This document shows, in pieces, positions 48,483 through 62,200 of a DNA stretch of 64,000 nt (the first letter of the stretch is position 1; each line of letters starts with the position of its first letter). The stretch is from the NCBI GenBank assembly GCA_037447605.1, contig CM074809.1, positions 2,098,689 through 2,162,688 of the forward strand, in the 5' to 3' direction. The stretch is from Zygnema circumcarinatum SAG 698-1b (taxonomy: Eukaryota > Plantae > Zygnematophyceae). Below the pieces are notes generated by a model, which was given only the letters and a program-made list of their open reading frames with translations, did no database searches and was not told where the DNA came from. The position numbers and the translations under genes were made by a program.

Positions 48483-49951
48483 CTCTCAAGTTAGCGAGTC
48501 CTTTTAGCAGCCCTAGCGGATTGCTCTAGCAGACAGATGCAGGTAGACAGCACTTAGATAGCCGGGAGGCGGAACTTGAGCTCTCCGCAGCACCCCGTCA
48601 TCTCTGTCCCCTATGTTTTGGGGGTCAAGGGACAGTCACCAAAGTCACGAATGCCGGGGAACAGTGCATGTAAATCCACATGCCGCCATTTAAATGTCGA
48701 TAGCGAGCGGCTTATTTTCCTTTGCAGCATAGAGCTGATAGGCATCTGATGTGTATTATTATGGCGGGGCACTCTGCTGACGTATCAGCCAGAAAAGTCC
48801 CGATAGCCCTTGTGCTTGTGGCTCTTTATAAAGCAAAAAAATTGAAGTAAATTTGTATTCCGTAATGTCACTCCAAAGACAATACATTCTGGCAAAACTA
48901 GTCAAGAGTTGACCTGACCTTGACAAAAAAAAAAAGCATTTTGGCTCTATCCGCATGCCCCGCATGACATTGCTGACCGGGCATAAACTTGAGTCACTGA
49001 AACTTTTTGTGCTTTCAACGTACGAAAGTTCCGCATCACACCCTGGCTGCGTTTGCAGCCCTAACAAAGTCTGGACTTGTTCCAGGTCAAATGCCACACT
49101 AAAGGAAAAAGAAAGAATGGATGGATCGCTCCACTACAGTAGCCGGCAGCGTGCCCAACAGGTAAATGTTAAGCTGAGCTGATAAGTTTCTGACCTGTGG
49201 CAGCCCCTGGACGCGTTCGGACCCTGTCCCCCAGGACGGAGAGTAGCTTGCCCAGGCGGACGAGGATGCTCAGGAGGCACACAAGGACACACGCAGCAAG
49301 GAAGAGGAGGTCATCAAGCAGTGACAGGCGGAGCCCTGCAGCACGGGAGGCAGACAACAGACCTCTCAACCCTGCGCTTCCAGTTCCTTCTACCCGCCCC
49401 TGCACCACGCCGTGTTTTGACCCCCAGTTAGAGGCCACATCGCTAAAACCACCACATCAGTGCAGGTTGTCGAAAAACCCTTCCCACCAGATGGGTCGCC
49501 GACAAACCTGCTAAATGAGCAAGGACAAAGAGATAACCCTAGAAATGAAAGCAATCCTGAAGCTGACATAACGTATCGCTAAATAATACAAGTCGAGCAG
49601 TTCCGTAGAAAGCTCTAATGCCCACTTACTCAAGGTGTTAGACAATAGTTCATTGATTGGATAGAGGGGCGCACGACTTCTACTCCCTAACCGTTTCTAG
49701 AAGACATCATTCCTTTCCTCCCAGTATCTACTAAACTGGACACCAGTATTTCTAGAGGGGTTTGCATGCCCAATGGCCCTATACTATAGACCAAAAATCA
49801 GCTCCGCTACGTGTGTTGGGTTCAGCAACAGACCTAACAAGATTGAGGTTTGGCTCATTTATGTCAACTATACCACTGGATGGGCTGCTTCTGCTCATAC
49901 GACCAGGAACATGGTCACAAAATTGTAAAAAATTGCCTATGCCGTCTACGC

Positions 49952-52900
49952 CTAGTTTAGTCTAATAACATCTGGCGGTACCATCTCTACTATTTTCCAG
50001 CCACTTGAAGGCACTGGCGAGCCAAGCAATGGATCTCCCTCTTCCAAGTCTGGGCTACTAGGCCGCACTCTCGCTCCAAAGCACGGCACACAGGCAGATC
50101 GCACCGATAGAAGGCACAATCTAAAAAACGAGCGTGACGGCCAGTACCAGGACCTAACTGCAGTGCGGAAAAGGTCTACGACAGGAATTGATGAGCAGCG
50201 CTCAACTCCCTTGGTGGCTAAAGGGCACGTGTAGTAGCAGCAGCAGAGGGTCTCGGAGGTTTCGGCCTCACCCACCCCATCGCGAGTCAATCTGTCTGAA
50301 AGGCTACTCCCTTTTATCCATTCAGCCGGTTCGACTCCTTTCTCGGCTGCATCAATGAGTTCCCATAGGGCACTATTCACCTGCACCACCCTCATCATGG
50401 CAACCTAATCAATGAGCGATTCGCTTCAGTTCAAAAGACAGAAAACAGGGAATTGATTGTGAAGATCAATGCGAATATTTGTCGAGGGAGTCACACAGGC
50501 CAAACTCCAGCAAGTTTCCCCCACAGGTGCGAACGACCTGACTGTTGTTCACTTGACTGATAAATTTCTTACTTCCTTTGGCTTCTCTAGTGTTAACATG
50601 TGGCCTCCAGGCAGGTGGATCATCCTGCTTATCCGGTGCAGCCTGAGAGCCACCAGCTCTCCTGCTTTGACGTGTGCAATAACGTCTTCCCTGCATATAG
50701 TAAGTCAACATTAAGCGTAGTCATTCAACCAATACTTTTCCATCCTCCATAAAATTAAAAAAATATAGTTTCACCATCCACCTGCGTCTCCTAGACCCTA
50801 TGGAGTGCAGGCTCATTCCTTCTGACTTTGATAGAGCCATATCTCACCTGCCATGGATAACAGACACGAGGAAATTTCCGGATTCCAACACTTGGATATC
50901 ACCCTTGGTTATGGCATGTGTCCAGCATGCATTAAAGTGGCCATCAACACCATGCGACGTCTGTAAGCCGGCCTTGCTCAAGTTACGAACATACTCCTGT
51001 GCATTTCAAAATCACAAAAAGCATCAGTCTAGGTAAATTATGGCCCTATCACATCTGCATTTCACTGTCACTCTCTAAGATCCGAAATTCGTATCGAAAG
51101 AGCATCATGGCTGTATTTCCCATCAGACTGTTTCCTCAGCTCTTGTCATCCTAACGTACCTCAAATAGATGCTCTCTCCGTGTTCTCCCGTCCACAATCT
51201 CATTCAAATGGTCCTGCAGCAAAGTAAATGTTGTCAGTTAACTTGGATCCACATCCATCAGCCTTAGCTTTCCGAGTCTGTTACCGATGCTTCATTCCAC
51301 TCTCGACGAGCTCTCTCAACATGCTGTTATCCGAACACAGCTTCAGTACCTCCTCCTAAAAGTCATGAAGTGTTCTCTGCCTGCCAGGCCAAAGGCCACA
51401 ACGACGACTTACTTCAATCTGAATGAGCAAGCAAGCAGACTGATGAACATGTTCTGTTTCAAATGGGATTACATACATTACTATAATGTGTATCTAGGTC
51501 AACCCGTGCGCGTTGCTCAACCGTCTTCGCTCTCAACAGCCTGTACATCAACTCAAGTCCCTTCCTAGTGATCTGCAATCAGCCCATCCTCGAAAGGCCA
51601 TGAGAGAATGCAAGAGTACGTTTGCGACCGGAGGCTTTGAGAAACAGCAGACAATGGACCCATCATAAGTTTGAACACGACATACTTACAAGGACCAGAC
51701 ACTGGATAGCGTGAAAAAAAATCGTGCAGTGGCCTGCCCAGATTCTCAGCACATGCGATCATAGTCTGCATAGCTATGAACATTCGCTGCGATGATCTTG
51801 CGAAGAGCTAATATATGCAAATAGAAAAATACACCGGAACTGGGTGTCAGGGTTTGAGGAGAACTTTTCGATTTCAAACAATACTGACAACCAACTGATT
51901 GAGTGACTAACATCCTCTGTATTGGAAGAATGAATTCACTCCTCACCCTTGGCACTGAGTGATATCCACCTCCAGTGACACTCACAAGCGCCAAGGAGCA
52001 TACGCGCTCAGGTGCCATAGCTGCCAACTTACAGGCAATCATGCCACCTGCGCACACAACAACAGTCCTCATTTTACAAATGACAATATGATGAATAGGA
52101 CTTAGGAGGAAGGTTAACTCCCTCCCTCGGAACATGACTGGACGCTACACAGGAGCGGCTCAGATGAGAATAGCATAGGAAATTGTTGTTCAGCACAAAA
52201 ACCAACCGTTGAGTGTTGCCTATGATGAATCAACGATCAGAACAGTTCAGGGATGGACAAACTCACCCATGGAATGGCCAATGATGTGGGCCTTTTCCCA
52301 GCCGAGGTGACTCATCAAAGACAGTGCATCGTTTGCCATGATCCTGGTTCTGCATAATCCACATGTAATGATGCATGGTATTCAGGATTTGACAAGTTGC
52401 GGTAGCTCATCACTTTGCAAAGAAACTGAAATCGAGATCTAATTTCTTCCTGGACTCACTCAGTTATATACGCCCACGTATCCTTAAAGATGGTTAAAGG
52501 ACGGACTTTGAAGATTTCCCTTGTTCTTCTTTCACCCACTTACGTGTAATGACCCTTATGCTTTGGCGTGCTGCTCTTCCCCACTCCACGATTATCGTAT
52601 GCCACACACATGATTCGTTTGTATTTCAAATTCAACTCGTCCTTCCCGTCAGTATAAACACTGGATGGCATTTCTTCGCGTGGCAACTGGTTGCCTTCTT
52701 CATCTTCGTTAGGACGATCTGTACCCACAAGTTCTAGCAATTGGGCATTCCACGCAGCATGATCTGCTGCAAATCCTGCAAAAGAAACAAAACAAAAGCA
52801 CGCTTCTCTCGCCAGTTACAGTCAAGCCTTTCCTCAGAGGGCCAGAAAACGTGGTTCAATTCCAAATAACTACCACTGCAAGAAAATACGATAAACGAAG

Positions 52901-53434
52901 AATGACTTCTATTAAAAAACGTGAAGAACGAACCTTATTCCAACATAGAAAAGGATCTGAAAACGAACTATATTTCTTTCAACCATCGAACAGATCGGCA
53001 ATCCCTGCGCAACTAAGTGGCAGCTTCCGCAAATGTCACGGCGACACTTCAGCTGTTTAACATGGATAGCACTTCTTGACCAGCTCGACCAATCCAGCTT
53101 GACTCCTTGCTTATGCGAAGCTTGCTTTATCTGAAGAGACCAGAGCAGAGCCTCCAAATCATCCCAACATGATTCTAAAAACAACAATCACAACTGTCAC
53201 CACAATGGAACAGTGTGTTGTGGGAGCAGTTCAGGCAGCCACCACTGTTTCTTTCTGCGGAGGCCTGTTAGTAGTCCCGGACAGGAGCGCACCCATGATA
53301 AGCACCGCCTTAATGTCACCCTCGCCGTAAGTGTGATAGTAAATCCGAACAGGATCCTCGTCCTCGGCTGCATTGGTGTTTGCAGATCCATTGCCATTGG
53401 CCTCCAAAGGTTGACAGACCGTCAGATATGGCAT
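49952..53434 (-). CDS. Alpha/beta-hydrolase fold protein, about 8 exons
   Basis: MPY..VRIYYHTYG.G..KAVLIMG | FAADHAAW..CVAYDNRGVGKSS | ..HLGWEKAHIIGHSMG (nucleophile elbow) | MIACKLAAMAPERV.SLAL | ..VSVIHGR | EDVIA..GGHML | VNSALWELI..; stop at 49952. Confidence 0.9.
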
Positions 53435-53827
53435 CCTCCTGCTTAGGGTTCACCGGCTTTGGTTCATGAAGACAGCAAGCTTTTTTGGATCGTCGAAACT
53501 TCAGCACGCTTCAAGAGGACTTCTTAAAGATTTTCTTGATCCCAATCTGCAGCCATCAAGCAGAAATGCAGCTCTAAATTTCCATAGTCCAGTCATAGAT
53601 TCCACCTATACTACAAAAACACCTTCAAACTTGGCACACAGCCTTCCCTGAAGACGAACTACCTTCTATACTGCGCAACTAGCAACCTGCAACACCTTAC
53701 ACCCTCCACATCGCCTGCAAAGAAAATAATCCCCCTCAGCCAGAGGCGCAGAAACCAACCCCAGCAAGCCTTATTGACACCTTGTGCTCCTTGCGCCTCC
53801 CAGATTCCGGGACGCAGACGCCCACAG

Positions 53828-53873
53828 GAGCCGGAGCCGGAGCAGGAGCAGGAGCAGGAGCAGTAGAAGGAGA

Positions 53874-53923
<50 letters not shown>

Positions 53924-53924
53924 C

Positions 53925-53964
<40 letters not shown>

Positions 53965-54023
53965 CGAGCAGTAGCAGGAGTAGGAGCAGTAGCAGAAGCA
54001 GGAACAGGAGCTGGAGCTGGAGC
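53828..54023. repeat. (GGAGCA)n hexamer repeat in the 5' leader region of the hydrolase gene
   Basis: Direct inspection; about 30 units. It lies upstream of the family-conserved start at 53434. Confidence 0.9.
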
Positions 54024-54938
54024 AGGCTCACGGCTGCCGTCTGCCGGGGGGGAGGGAGGAGAGGGCCCGAAGTCGCCCTTCAGTCAGCATCTGCAAAGTC
54101 CACCCAGCGACAAACGGTCGGCATCAACGGATTCAGGCAACAAACGGGCAGATCGCCGTCCGTCGCGGTAGGCCGCGGTTGACCGCGGTTACAGCCTTGG
54201 ATAGGACGTGCTAAGCTTGAGCGAACATCCGTCGACGGCGGTCGCCAGTTTCCGTCTGATTCAACCGTGCCGTACACGGGGGCTCCACGTCGGCCTCGTC
54301 CGATCTGAGGTTCCAACGTCGGCGCGTTTGGGCGCGTGATCGCGATCGTACGGTGTGGGCCTCGTCGGCGGGAGCGGATCATGCCACGTGGCATGCACCG
54401 ACATCGTACATGTCGAAGGTTCTCAGCAGGATTCTCAGCAGCTGCCACGTAGCATGGATTGGAGCCTCCTAGGGTTCGACTTGCGGCTGCCCCAAGGGGT
54501 GCGCATGAGGCGCACACGACATTGTACAACTTTTGGAGGCCGTGGGGGGAGCGACCGCTAGCAAACCAGTTTAGATGGTTGGGTCTGCCAACCAATGGTT
54601 GGTTCAACCATTGGCAGTGGTTGACATGTCCGGCGGGTTTCTGCCGTGGGAGAAACTCAAGTCTCCTACCGCCACGTGGCGAATGTAGGCCCGCCTTGGA
54701 GCTATCGCCGGAGTCGTTGCGGCACCGCCCGCCGTCAATTGCACGCATGGGGTATCGTAGCCATCCGCTTGACTCGGGGCTTATTCAACGACCGACCAAT
54801 CTGCGCCGTCGCCTGCGCGTGTAACGATCAATGGCCGTCCGATCGGGAGCCGTTCACATGCCGAACGCCGCAACAGCAGCAGCTGGATGCGCCTACGCGC
54901 TTGCCGAGTTCGACCAATAGGACGATGTTCACGTAAGT

Positions 54939-55330
54939 GTACGTCTGATGGCATCATCGCCATCGTGAGATCAATGCCACATCTCTACTTCCACGTATCA
55001 AACTTGGACCAAAGCTTTGCACTGTGAAGAAAAGAGAGAGACATTACAAAAAATTCCGACAGCTTTGTCATTCATGGGACGGTCCTGCACTTTGTCTATA
55101 TCTCTTGGTTGGCTATTTTTTCGGCCGGTTTCTCGTGGTTCCCCCCATGGACTTCGTCCATATACATTGGATCGCATCGCTATCGTGAGACCAATGCCAC
55201 ATCTATCTCTCTTTTTCTATTGTTCTGAGGTCCTTTGTGCGCGGTTCCTCGTAATTCCCCCTGTTGAATTTTTCCATGTACGTGTGATGGCATCGCCATC
55301 GTGAGATAAGTGTCATTTCTTCTCTTTTAT
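54939..55330 (+). repeat. Three copies of dispersed repeat R
   Basis: Cores at ~54939-54990 (3' part only), ~55122-55215 and ~55223-55330, each ending gatggcatcgc(c/t)atcgtgaga + CT-rich tail. Confidence 0.8.
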
Positions 55331-55981
55331 GTCTTGCATTGGGAGCTATATCAGTACGCCAATCCATTTGCCGTTTCGAGCAAAGAGTTTAGTGGCACGC
55401 AAGTTCCAACAGTCCAAGGTTGATGTGCAGTCGGCATCCATACCTCGACGTGACTAGGACCACCACAATGCCCCCTTTTCTTTTTGCCGCTGTGGTAGAC
55501 AAAGCCGATGGAGCTGTAGACCCTCGCATGTGCATTGGTTTGACAAGGCTTTCTGTAACGGGACGACGGCCCTAGAGCAAAAACCATTAAGAGTGCAAAA
55601 CACAACTAGCAGAATACAGCTTGTAACGTCTAAGTATCGCCATTAGCCAAAGTCGCCCATAGTTTTTACTCACAGAGCAGGAGAGGTATATCTAGTGTCC
55701 TCCTTGACCCTCCCCTCTCAGAATGGGAGCCGTGCAGCTGTATGGCAGACTTGAGAGCAGACGAAGAGGCTGCTTCAGAATATTGAATGTGAATAGGATG
55801 AATGGCTAGAGCTGGAATGCCCGCATGGAGCTGCCGTCAATGAGGCCATGTTCCGTAGAACCTCGTCTACAGCTGCTGCATGTTATTTTTCATTTAAATA
55901 TCGACAGCAAGTTAAGCTCCTACTTGCCTTAAGCCCCAAGAGCTCGCTGTTCTACAAGGACCGAGCACCTGTGCCGAAGTT

Positions 55982-58852
55982 TTACACCATCATCTGACCC
56001 CTGCAAACAGTTGCAAGGAAGCCGACATTAGCAAGGTTCTGAGTAGTGGAAGGTTGCAGATGCGATCCCTTTTAAGAAAGGCCTCGCTGAAAGAAATAGA
56101 TCGTGAACAGAAAAGACAAAAGACATCTGCAAAAGAAAAAAGGAAAAGACATCTGTACATCTGAAACTGAAGGGTTGCAAAAGGTATCTTGCTAAGCTTT
56201 TGTCACAGGATTACAAACACATAGCAAAGTGCCTTTCCGCAGTTGAAGGGAGCGTGAGAGACTCACCAAGCATCATCAGAGTCCAGCACGAGGCAGGTGA
56301 TGCGATCCTTTCCACTGCAATGCAAATTCGGGCGGGCAACTTAATTCGGGTCACGCGATCATAACACAAAGCAACTTTGCTTCCTTCTAAGTTGGACATG
56401 ACTGCAATCTTTTAAAAAGTGCCAGTAGTGACGATCAGGTTGGACATGGCCGACAGGCCACAAGCAGCTTATTTCTTCCCAAAGTGAGCCTTCCACTGTC
56501 TCCTTTGTTTCACAGTCCTTCCACTTCTATCGATTCTCGGCTTACTCTCCACGTCTGACCGTTTGCAGATGACTCACCTTGGAACAGCTCGCATGCATGA
56601 GCGCAACACCTCCCCATCCTCCATTTCCAATATACAAACATCACATTGCCCAGTTAGGCAGAATCTTTGGTCAATCTTCATCGCGCCTGCATCCACGGCT
56701 GCCTTCAATAGACTGGAGCCTTCCTGCACACAGGAGAACTCACTATACAGATAAAGGTAATGCTTCAACGTGCTGATCTAGGTGTAAGTTGAATACATTG
56801 ATGAAGTAACGACCACTAATCTTGACTCAGATAGAAAGCCTCTGATTATTGACAAAGCAAGAGAACTCTATATAAAAGGATTTCAGCCAGAAGCCGATGC
56901 TTATACTGACCCAACAAGGCCAAGGCAGGATCAGCCCGCCCAAGCTGAGTTATGAGAAATAAGACCAGTAGTGAAAAAAACCAGCCAGTTAACAGTCCAC
57001 TGCGCAATGAGAGCTGATATAGTAAGTTGGTGCCTACAGGAGCGAAAGCGGAATCCCCATAAGGCTCGAAGGTGATCTCCACTTCGGGGCCATCCACGAC
57101 ATCATCATTTAAGAACGCTCCTTTCGGCAGCCTGCCATTTCTCCGAACACCGTCAAACTAGCTGGAAAGGCCTTAACTTTCTCCAAGCCGATAAAAGGCT
57201 CTCTTACAAGTCTGAGTCTGAGTCTGTCTGACTCATGAAATTTTCTCTACATTGTGCTTATAAAATTGGAGACGCCAACTTTCTTGCAAAAAAACGACTC
57301 GTTTTGTTAAGGTAGGTTTCCAAGATTTCCTAGTTGCAGACCTACAATTTTGTGCAGTTTCCAAAGCGCAAATGTTTGTTAAGGCTTGGAAGGATTTACA
57401 AACTCAAACAAAGAAGCAATGCTGGAAAGTGAACTAGCCTGTCATATTGTTGTCAATAATGAATACAGTGCATTATGACCATGCTGATCTGGTCCTTCTG
57501 TGAAGTGAAGGTTAAGTGCAGAGGACGTTGCTTGAGACTATAAATAGAAAGACGAGACTAACCCTCGTTCTTTGCCTGTTGCGGCCGCAAGGAAATATTC
57601 TTCTCGCAACTGAGCACCAGATTTCGTCTCGTTCGGTATGTCAAGTGTCGCAACTATGGATACGGAGGCAGGCCGCCGGCTGGAAGTACAGCTGTGCTTC
57701 TGAAAGAGCGGTAGCCGCACGCCATGGTGATGAAGTCAGAGAAACAACCGGCAAACTCGTCATGAAAACTGTTGGAACCATAAAAGCCAAGTCTCACAGA
57801 GGGTAGTAATCATGCTTCATGATTTAGCGCTGAGCTACAAGGGATTAAGCCGTGAAACTGGCCATTGTATGCCGTTTTGGACTATATCAGAGGAAAGGCA
57901 GCTAGACTGGTATCCTAGAGAGTTACTAGGATACTTCGCACCGGCATCATTTCCTATTGCGATTTCACATCTCCATAAACCATAGCAAGAAGCGAATGAA
58001 CCCAAATCGTGCAGTACCTAAGTAAAACATTTTATTTATCAGGGCTTGTTAAACTTTGACGGTTCCCGAGAAATTAAGTTTCGAAACCAGCACGTGTTTA
58101 ATAAGTAGTAACCGCGAAAATGTAAAGTACTCATCTCAAAACTAATTCCGAAGTGATATGTCAAGAAACTACACGCCTATTAGGATATAACAACTCTTCA
58201 GCTTTGGCGCACTTCAATTACCTGAAGCCTGTTCGACTTGATGAAAAGTGTTGTAGAGGTGGAAGTGTTCTTGCTTAAACCTTCGCCTGCAGTCAACATT
58301 CTTCACTGCCATGTTACAAATTTTGTTTGCATCCAGAAAGAGTCGCGGAGATTAGAACATGAAAATTCTACACCATCCAAGTGTAAACTGAGAATTGGAG
58401 TTCGACTAGCTTCTCATAATCCATGTCTAGAAACTACACATTGGCGTGTTAGCAATGAAAATATATAGAAAATCGAGAGAACCTCACAACTTACCAATTA
58501 TTCAAAAGTTAACACACCGAAAACAATCCATCTTGGAATACGGAAAGGAGGCAAGTCATTGATCTATATTGCAGACAAGCACTGTGACCTTTTATCCTAT
58601 ACCATATCTTGATTTTAAGATATCCTTCAAAAGTCTATAAAAAAAATCGTCAGTAAATGTACCTTTCCCTTTAGCTAAAGTACAATGCAAAGTTTGCAAT
58701 GAGCCTGATTCGTAATTCGTCTTTCCTACGCCGCACAAAGGCCTCACATCCAGCACAATGAGTTCCAGTAACTCATATTCACCTAACACAGGAATGAGGT
58801 TGCAGTCCACTCGTCTGCAGTGGATGACCCCTCTTGCTGCTGCTGACGCCAT
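55982..58852 (-). CDS. Probable plastid-targeted 2Fe-2S ferredoxin-like protein with short CX4CX2CX12C spacing; 5' exons tentative
   Basis: Core exons join in phase: ..VEITFEPYGDSAFAP | EGSSLLKAAVDAG..FCLTGQCDVCILEMEDGEVLRSCMRAVP | SGKDRITCLVLDSDDAW | GQMMV* (stop 55982-55984). Tentative transit-peptide exons at 58852-~58783, ~58290-58221 and ~57700-57587. Confidence 0.7.
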
Positions 58853-58974
58853 GGCTGATTATTGGTCAACTGAAACTCTTGCGATCACCAAACTGAAATA
58901 TCCGAATTACGTTCAGAGAGCTTCCCAGCAGCTCTGAAAAGGTCAAAAGGCAAAACAAGTCTTTGCTGGAATGG

Positions 58975-58978
<4 letters not shown>

Positions 58979-59046
<68 letters not shown>
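58979..59046. repeat. (AG)34 microsatellite
   Basis: Direct inspection. Confidence 0.97.
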
Positions 59047-59048
<2 letters not shown>

Positions 59049-59256
59049 CGGAAGATAAACAGGAGATGAGTTGGGAGTCTGTGAGCCACCAGTTGGACAC
59101 AGCAGAGCTGCCAAGGTCCCGGATTTGGACGGATCCATTTCTGTGCGCCCATTGGTTCCGCGGATTCCAACGTGCCAAAAGCGCCCTCCAGCGTGACAAA
59201 CTGGAAAGTCGGTCCAAGCGGTCGGGGGCCCCACATGGACAGCGTTGGGGGCACGG

Positions 59257-62200
59257 ATTGGATTCAATGGTGGGTTGCCAGCCATTGCAAACAACCGGTG
59301 GTTGCCAGCCATTGGATTCAGTGGTCGGTTGACCAGCCATTGGATACAACGGTTGACTGCCATCCATTTGATGCAATGGTTGGTTTCCAGCCATTGCAAT
59401 CAACCGGTGGTTGCCAGCCATTGGATTCAGTGGTCGGTTGACCAGCCATTGGATACAACGGTTGATTGCTAGCCATTGGATACAACGGTTGATTGATAGC
59501 CATTGGATTCAATGGTTGGTTGCCAGCCATTGCTACAGCCCACAGGATGGAAAAGTTTGGGGGCGTGAGGTCTCATACCTCCACCCGCAGGCGAAGCCCG
59601 CAATCATTAAAAGGATGTCAAGTCGGACAACCGTCTCTTAGAATTGAAATTGCAGGTGTGGAATAGCGCATTCCACCCCTGCTCTGGCTCTGCTCCGCCC
59701 CTCCCCTCCCCTGCAGTGGTCGGTTGCCAGCCATTAGATACAACGGTTGATTGCCAGCCATTGGATTCAGTGGTCGGTTGCCAGCCATTGGATACAACGG
59801 TTGATTGCCAGCCATTGGATTCAGTGGTCGGTTGCCAGCCATTGCATACAACTGTTCGTTGCCCGCCTGGATTCAGTGGTCGGTTGCCAGCCATTGCATA
59901 CAACGGTTGATTACTAGCCATTGGATTCAATGGTTGGTTGCCAGCCATTGCAAACAACCGGTGGTTGCCAGCCATTGGATTCAGTGGTCGGTTGCCAGCC
60001 ATTGCATACAACTGTTGGTTGCCCGCCTGGATTCAGTTGTCGGTTGCCAGCCATTTTATAAAACGGTTGATTGCCAGTCATTGGATTCAATGGTTGGATG
60101 CCAGCCATTGCAAACAACCGACGGTTGCCTGCCATTGGGTACAGTGGGCGGTTGCCAGCCATTGCAAACAACCGGTGGTTGCCAGCCATTGGATTCAGTG
60201 GTCGGTTGCCATCCATTGCGTACAACGGTTGATTGCCAGCCATTGGATACAATGGTCGGTTGCCAGCCATTGCATACAACGGTTGATTGCCAGACATTGA
60301 ATTCAATGGTTGGTTGCGAGCCATTGCAAGCAACCGGTGGCTGCCACCCATTGGATTCAGTGGTCGGTTGCCAGCCATTGCATACAACTGTTGGTAGCCC
60401 GCCTGGATTCAGTGGTCGGTTGCCAGCCATTGGATACAACGGTTGACTGCCAGCCATTGGTTTCAATGGTTGGTTTCCAGCCATTGCAAACAACCGGTGG
60501 TTGCCAGCCATTGGATTAAGTGGTCGGTTGCCAGCCATTGCATACAACTGTTGGTTGCCCGCCTGGATTCAGTGGTGGCTTGTCAGCCATTCCATACAAC
60601 GGTTGGTTGTCAGTCATTGGATTCAATGGTTGGATGCCAGCCATTGCAAACAACCGGTGGCTGCCAGCCATTGGATTCAGTGGTCTGTTGCCCGCCCCAA
60701 CCTGACCGCGCTCGCCAGGTACAGGCCCGCCACGACCTTCCGCGCGCACCCGTACGAGGTTTGGTACACAGCTCCAAATGGCACTCGGGCCAAGCGCTGC
60801 AGGATTAGGGTTGGCATCGGTTCATCTGCTCGTCGCCATACAAGGGCAGAAACCTACAAACGAGTCCGTCAAGTTCATTTGTAGATGCATGATCATACAA
60901 GTGTATATGCATACAGATAGTGTTCATGAAGTTGTGCTAAGATTACAGCCCTTATGCATACAACTGTTGGTTGCCCGCCTGGATTCAGTGGTCGGTTGCC
61001 AGCCATTGGATACAACGGTTGATTGCCAGCCATTGGAGTCAATGGTTGGCTGCCAGCCATTGCAAACAACCGATTGTTGCCAGCCATTGGATTCAGTGTC
61101 GTTTGCCATCCATTGCAGACGACGGTTGATTGCCAGCCATTGGAGTCAATGGTTGGTTGCCAGCCATTGCAAACAACCGATGGTTGCCAGCCATTGGATT
61201 CAATGGTTGGTTGCCAGCCATTAGTTACAACGGTTGATTGCCAGCCATTGGATTCAATGGTTGGTTGCCAGCCATTGCAAACAACCGGTGGTTGCCAGCC
61301 ATTGGATTCAATGGTTGGATGCCAGCCATTGCAAACAACCGACGGTTGCCTGCCATTGGATACAGTGGGCGGATGCCAGCCATTGCAAACAACCGGTGGT
61401 TGCCAGCCATTGGATACAATGGTCGGCTGCTAGCCATTGCATACAACGGTTGATTGCCAGACATTGAATTCAATGGTTGGATGCCAGCCATTGCAAACAA
61501 CCGACGGTTGCCTGCCATTGGATACAGTGGGCGGTTGCCAGCCATTGCAAACAACCGGTGGTTGCCAGCCATTGGATACAATGGTCGGCTGCTAGCCATT
61601 GCATACAACGGTTGATTGCCAGACATTGAATTCAATGGTTGGATGCCAGCCATTGCAAACAACCGACGGTTGCCTGCCATTGGATAGAGTGGGCGGTTGC
61701 CAGCCATTGCAAACAACCGGTGGTTGCCAGCCATTGGATACAATGGTCAGTTGCTAGCCATTGCATACAACGGTTGATTGCCAGACATTGAATTCAATGG
61801 TCGGTTGCCAGCCATTGCATACAACTGTTGGTTTCCCGCCTGGATTCAATGGTCGGTTGCCAGCCATTGCATACAACGGTTGATTGCCAGAGATTGAATT
61901 CAATGGTTGGTTGCCAGCCATTGCAAACAACCGGTGGCTGCCATCCATTGGATTCAGTGGTCGGTTGCCAGCCATTGCATACAACGGTTGATTGCCAGAC
62001 ATTGAATTCAATGGTTGGTTGCCAGCCATTGCAAACAACCGGTGGCTGCCATCCATTGGATTCAGTGGTCGGTTGCCAGCCATTGCATACAACTGTTGGT
62101 AGCCCGCCTGGATTCAGTGGTCGGTTGCCAGCCATTGGATACAACAGTTGATTCCCAGCCATTGGATTCAATGGTTGGCTGCCAGCCATTGCAAACAACC

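Noticed and set aside
49169-49514. GC-rich ORFs on both strands between two convergent genes
   Set aside because: No homology cue and no linkable exons; probably 3' UTR sequence.
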